Assembly: GCF_023055435.1 (NCBI RefSeq)
Contig: NW_025963791.1
Coordinates: 36,952,001 to 37,016,000, forward strand
Origin: Haliotis rufescens
Lineage: Eukaryota
DNA: 64,000 nt
Reading direction: 5' to 3'
Within the stretch, counting starts at the first letter, position 1; each line of letters begins with the position of its first letter. This document shows, one piece after another, positions 59,417-64,000 of this stretch. The notes below the pieces were generated by a model that saw only the letters and a program-made list of their open reading frames with translations, was not told the origin of the DNA and did not search any database. Made by a program: the position numbers and the translations under genes.

Positions 59417-60342
59417 ATTAGAACTGACAGTGGCACGTAATTAGCTTCAAGGGGATGTGATACGTATCGGATCGTGAGCAAGGTATCGTGATACGTATCG
59501 GATCGCACAGTTGGTGTATCGTCCCAGCCCTAATTAGAACTGACAGTGGCATGTAATTAGCTTCAAGGGGATGTGATACGTTAATGTTGATCTGTAGGGC
59601 CACAGTACCTTGTTTTGTTGAACCATTCCGTGTAGTGCTTCCCAGTCTGCTGTGACATGATGACATTGGTCTCAGTGTTGGTGCCATGCCCCTGCAGGCA
59701 GACAATTCAACAGTCATTCTTAGATAGCCATTCATAGAGCAGTTGTCTTTGATTTGGGAGGTTATCAAAAGGTTGATGAAGCTGATAAAACTAATTAATT
59801 TATTTGTATTTTTGAGAGAACTTACTATCTCTTTGATATCAGAGGCAGTCACTGTCATTACTTAATAAATTGCTTAAGATGTTTTGTTAGTCTTTTTTTT
59901 TTTTTAAAGCCTGCTTTAAGTTTGCTGGTGAAAGAAAGGGAGTTTGACACAAGCAACAGTTCAAACCTTAAATTCATGCAGGCTTTCAGATTGGTATGTC
60001 TTCAAGGACATTGACTGATTGTATTCTAAAATGTCCTGAAGATCTTATTCAAATATGGTAATGAAACAGAAGATTGTTCTATCAAGTGTTGATAAAATCC
60101 TGAAAATTCCCTCATGACATTTTTTGGAAATATAAGTAGTCTGACAGGCAATTTCCTGTTATTAACATTACAATAATTAATTTGACAGCAATTTATTGAC
60201 CTCGATTCAACCCTGTTATGTTTGCTCCTGCATCATTGACAGATCAATCTTCAAATGTTTTACTGTTTTAAATGAATACTGGTTTAGTTACAGAAATTAT
60301 TATAAAAAAAGGCAGCTCTATGATTTGTCCACCTGCCTGAGC

Positions 60343-60568
60343 AACATGTATAAGCCAGGACACGGAACATGTTTAAGCCAGGACACGGAACATGTTTAAG
60401 CCAGGACACGGACATGTTTAAGCCAGGACACGAACATGTTTAAGCCAGGACACGGAACATGTTTAAGCCAGGACACGGAACATGTTTAAGCCAGGACACG
60501 GAACATGTTTAAGCCAGGACACGGAACATGTTTAAGCCAGGACACGGAACATGACACGGAACATGTTT
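60343..60568 (+). repeat. 23-bp minisatellite AACATGTTTAAGCCAGGACACGG
   Basis: About 9-10 copies. Confidence 0.97.
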
Positions 60569-60906
60569 GTTGTTGCAATGTGTTCTGTTGTTGAGAACTG
60601 TAGCCTCAAATAGTTCGCGCTGCTCTTTTCATCTCATATATGGTGCCACAATCATTAATCATTATGCACAAGGGTCAATATGTAATTTGTTTTTATGAAA
60701 GTGCTACTGATGTAAATACTGTACAGATGTGTTTGAATGTTACTTGTTATCATCTAGCATCATGAACAAACTACTCGCATGTGTACCACAGCCTCGCCTA
60801 CATACGGGTTACCTAATCATTCTTGTAGATCCGAGGATGTAACATATTTCTGTTGATGACTGTTAATCTCTTGGAGACTTGGGTAATCAACATCCTGATG
60901 GGGGTA

Positions 60907-60941
60907 AACAAACAAACAAACAAACAAACAAACAAACAAAC
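60907..60941 (+). repeat. (CAAA)n microsatellite
   Basis: Direct inspection; may be a retroelement tail. Confidence 0.95.
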
Positions 60942-61914
60942 TGATGGTTATGAAAGAACACTGTCTTGTCTCTTAACAAATGCAAATGTTTAGAATAGAA
61001 AACAATCCAAAAAAGTGTCCATATGATGGGAATACCTGTTTCTTAATACATGTAGTTCCTGCAAGTGGTGACTATATGTGACCCTAGCTTTTCTATGGCT
61101 GCCAAATTTTAGAATTGATTCGATTGGCATACATACTCCATAATTATGATCAGATCTGGGCATGTAGTTAAGTTGAAAAGCGATAATTGTAAAGTTAGAC
61201 TTTCTTTTGAATCTCTCTTCAGCCATGGGCTTGGCATTTCAACATTAATGCAACTTGTAGCTTTCTTTCAGTCTCAGTGTGGCAAACGATTATTTTAAAA
61301 ATATATTTCGCTTGCAGCTAGAGTACAATTGTGTACAATTTACATTACTGTCTGATATCTATTACAGTTCTGTTAGAAGGCATGAATGTATCTACCTCCA
61401 ATTAGGTTTTTTTTAAAATGCAAAAAACTATTTCCCAACAGCGGATCTTGTGCTTAAATGTGATGACTGGGTAATTTGTATTGATGTTATTCTTGCCACA
61501 CTGACATTGTATAGAAAGGTATTGGTTTTCATCGAGGAGGTACCACTTGTCTGTGGGTCTTAAGCATTGTGTAGATAATGTGTATCCTCCTGACTAACCT
61601 TTGTATGGACTAATATGGTTCAAGAACTAATGGCTTATATGCATATTGTATGGTGTACTCATTTCTCATTATCAAGTTTCAATGTGATTATTTCCGTTAC
61701 TAGGAATGTTATCAACTGGCAGTTGTACATATGAAAGCTTTGTGATTACATCAATGTAGCCATGTGCAATAAATGGAACAGCCAGGTACATAGTTGTAAA
61801 TAAATACATTTCTCTTATCATATGATTTTCTGTTATTTTGACGCTCTGCTGGAAAAATTTCATCATACAATACTACTGAGCGAATAATTGTTCAGTATTT
61901 CGTTGTGAGCTGTT

Positions 61915-62165
61915 CTTGAATATTCCAGCTATATGACGCAGGCCTGTAAAGTCTGGACCAGACAATCCTGTGTGCTGCAATCCGTTGTCGTAAGAGGCAA
62001 CGAATGGGTTCGGGTGGTAGGACTTGCTGACTTGGTTGATGCATGTCATTGGATCCCAATTGCTCATGATATCAACCACTGGATTATCTGGTCCACACTT
62101 GATTATTTACAGACTGCTATCATAAAGCTGGAATACTGCTGAGTGCGGCATTAAACAACAAACAA
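61915..62165. mobile_element. Family C: + strand truncated copy (~61985-62162) abutting an older - strand fragment (~61915-61975)
   Basis: CAATCCGTT direct repeat flanks the + copy; the upstream segment is the reverse complement of the family tail. Confidence 0.8.
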
Positions 62166-63864
62166 TCCGTTTTGGTACAAGGACATGCTGCAAATCTAGT
62201 CATTGAGCGGGTCATTGTCAGCTGAATGTGAGGGAAAAGCCTCATAATCTCGCAATGAGGACCGAAGACCAGCAGATCAAGAACAGAGATACTGTGTGAG
62301 ATGAGATGTTTGTCCCCCTTCAAAGCAATAACACCCAACTTCATTCATACATGAAAGTGGTGTTCGATGTAGTTTTAACTAGAAAGCTTATTCACAGTAA
62401 CAAATAACACAACCATCACTTTGCTTTAGTATTTAATACAATGATTGCACATCAGTCTCGCCCACCTCTCTCTGGCCTCACCTGTAGGGAATGAACCACA
62501 GCCCTGGCACGGTATGCAAGATAACACTGGGCATGCAGTACCATCACAGCCGTATCAACCAGCAGCACCAGCTGCTGCTACAAACTCATGTACTCAATAC
62601 AACAGATTTCCTATTCATTACAAAATATTAATCAACAAGCAATCTTTAGAATAAGAGGAAGTATTACTATGCCCAGTACTATGTGCCCTTTCATACTGAA
62701 ACATTCTCTAGAAATTGTAAATCTGTACAAAACTGCATTATATACAATATGTTGCTTATGTACAGTAATGTACAAAAAGTTTTACACTGTTACTTGAAGT
62801 AGGTGTAAATAGCATTGCAAGTGCATAACCAGTTGCATCGTACTGCCTCGTACTGCCGTGTACTGCCGTGTACTGCCTCATCTACCAACACACTTCCTGC
62901 AGTCAGTCAGTCGAGACAACTGTTTCTGCTGTCAGAGATACTTAATGTTGTAGATGTTTACTTCGAGGAGATGGAACTAGCTGTGGGTGACAGTACCTTC
63001 TGAAGAATCAAAGTGGTACAAACATTTGAAAAAAAAATGGATCTCAGCAATGAATTAAGGTAAAATTGAGTTGAAAAAAATGTCTGTTTAAGCTGATTTG
63101 TTATTATTATGAAATATGTTTTAATATCAATGAATGTTGGCGATATGATGCAATATTTTCAAGGGACATGAATCTAAAAAAAGTAAAAAATATGCCATTT
63201 ATCAATACTAGTACCAAAACAGACTTTTGATTTCCATCAATCCACAGGATTTAAAGCTCCATATAAGGGTGTCTCATTTTATGATCCCAAAACAGCCACA
63301 ATAATTTGAGTGCCGACTTAGGTTTTCACAAAATATTTCAATAATCAGCAATATTATTTCAATTGTATTGTTCTTGAACTTACCAATGTTAATTCAGTGC
63401 AAAGTTTCAGATTGAGTCCAAAGATCTTATGGCTAACATGATCAGGTTAGGTAGAATGGAACTAAAGCCTTATTATTAATGTATACTCTTGGTAAAAAGA
63501 TAAGCAACATTTTATCTTGCAATGCTTACGTGCCACGAACATCACAGGGAATATAACCACATTTTGACGATTGTCTTGCAGCTGGTAATACATGTAATAC
63601 ACTAAACATTTGTAGGATTTGGAATAACTGTGTTTATTTATTTCTCAAAATATCCACAGAATTCATTAGTACATCACAAAACAGTATGGACAATATGGAG
63701 ACTGTAGCCTGGGCTCTTCCACAAAGTGATCAAATATCATAAAATATTGTTAATATTTAGTGTTGCTTAATTTTTTACCATCATCATATTGCAGTATAAA
63801 AACACAGCTAAGGACGTGCATTGGGCACAAGTATGTGTAATATCACAAACTGACATAACACTTG

Positions 63865-64000
63865 CATAGACTAGTTTTCAGGAAACTGTCATTACACTTC
63901 CATAGACTAGTTTTCAGGAAACTGTCATTACACTTCCACAGTTTCAGGAAACTGTCATTGCACTTCCATAGACTAGTTTTCAGGAAACTGTCATTACACT
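63865..64000 (+). repeat. 36-bp minisatellite CATAGACTAGTTTTCAGGAAACTGTCATTACACTTC, runs off the window
   Basis: About 4 copies visible. Confidence 0.93.

Noticed and set aside
59418-59858. 146-aa minus-strand ORF
   Set aside because: It runs into the duplicated hAT end, with no domain or splice support.
59864-59869. AATAAA as the FAM149 polyadenylation signal
   Set aside because: The hexamer is common in this AT-rich DNA; the transcript end cannot be fixed without RNA data.

Overview
Eukaryotic, AT-rich, repeat-dense genomic DNA. The SINE and MITE repertoire looks molluscan (probably a gastropod such as abalone); this is an inference. The ORF track is mostly noise. Reading splice signals by hand gives one + strand gene with 16 coding exons (16598..57629, 2004 nt spliced CDS, 667 aa), with GT-AG boundaries and matching intron phases throughout. 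It encodes a FAM149 (DUF3719) family ciliary protein (FAM149B1/FAM149A/xbx-4-like), recognised from the motifs SSYSWDEFDRQA, ECKDWSTHFPHLRVLG, EEILAQDGVYEEVIAID, GYPPITPNACVKD and RPSTTHAMRSDTP. Introns and flanks contain four SINE-like families, hAT-type MITEs with 8-bp and 5-bp target-site duplications (TSDs), Tc1/mariner-type and Harbinger-type MITEs, two Helentron-associated (HINE) elements, Penelope-like end remnants and many minisatellites. The most notable observations are: (1) a HINE-borne 169-bp satellite places six perfect and two near-perfect RFX X-box motifs in intron 1 of this ciliary gene; (2) a SINE-like family has no tRNA head, and four TSD-bounded copies start at the same point with a predicted pseudoknotted 5' RNA fold; (3) YCAY-dense minisatellites sit immediately downstream of frame-symmetric exons; (4) hammerhead-like Penelope termini are present; (5) a SINE is inserted inside a 3' splice site region.
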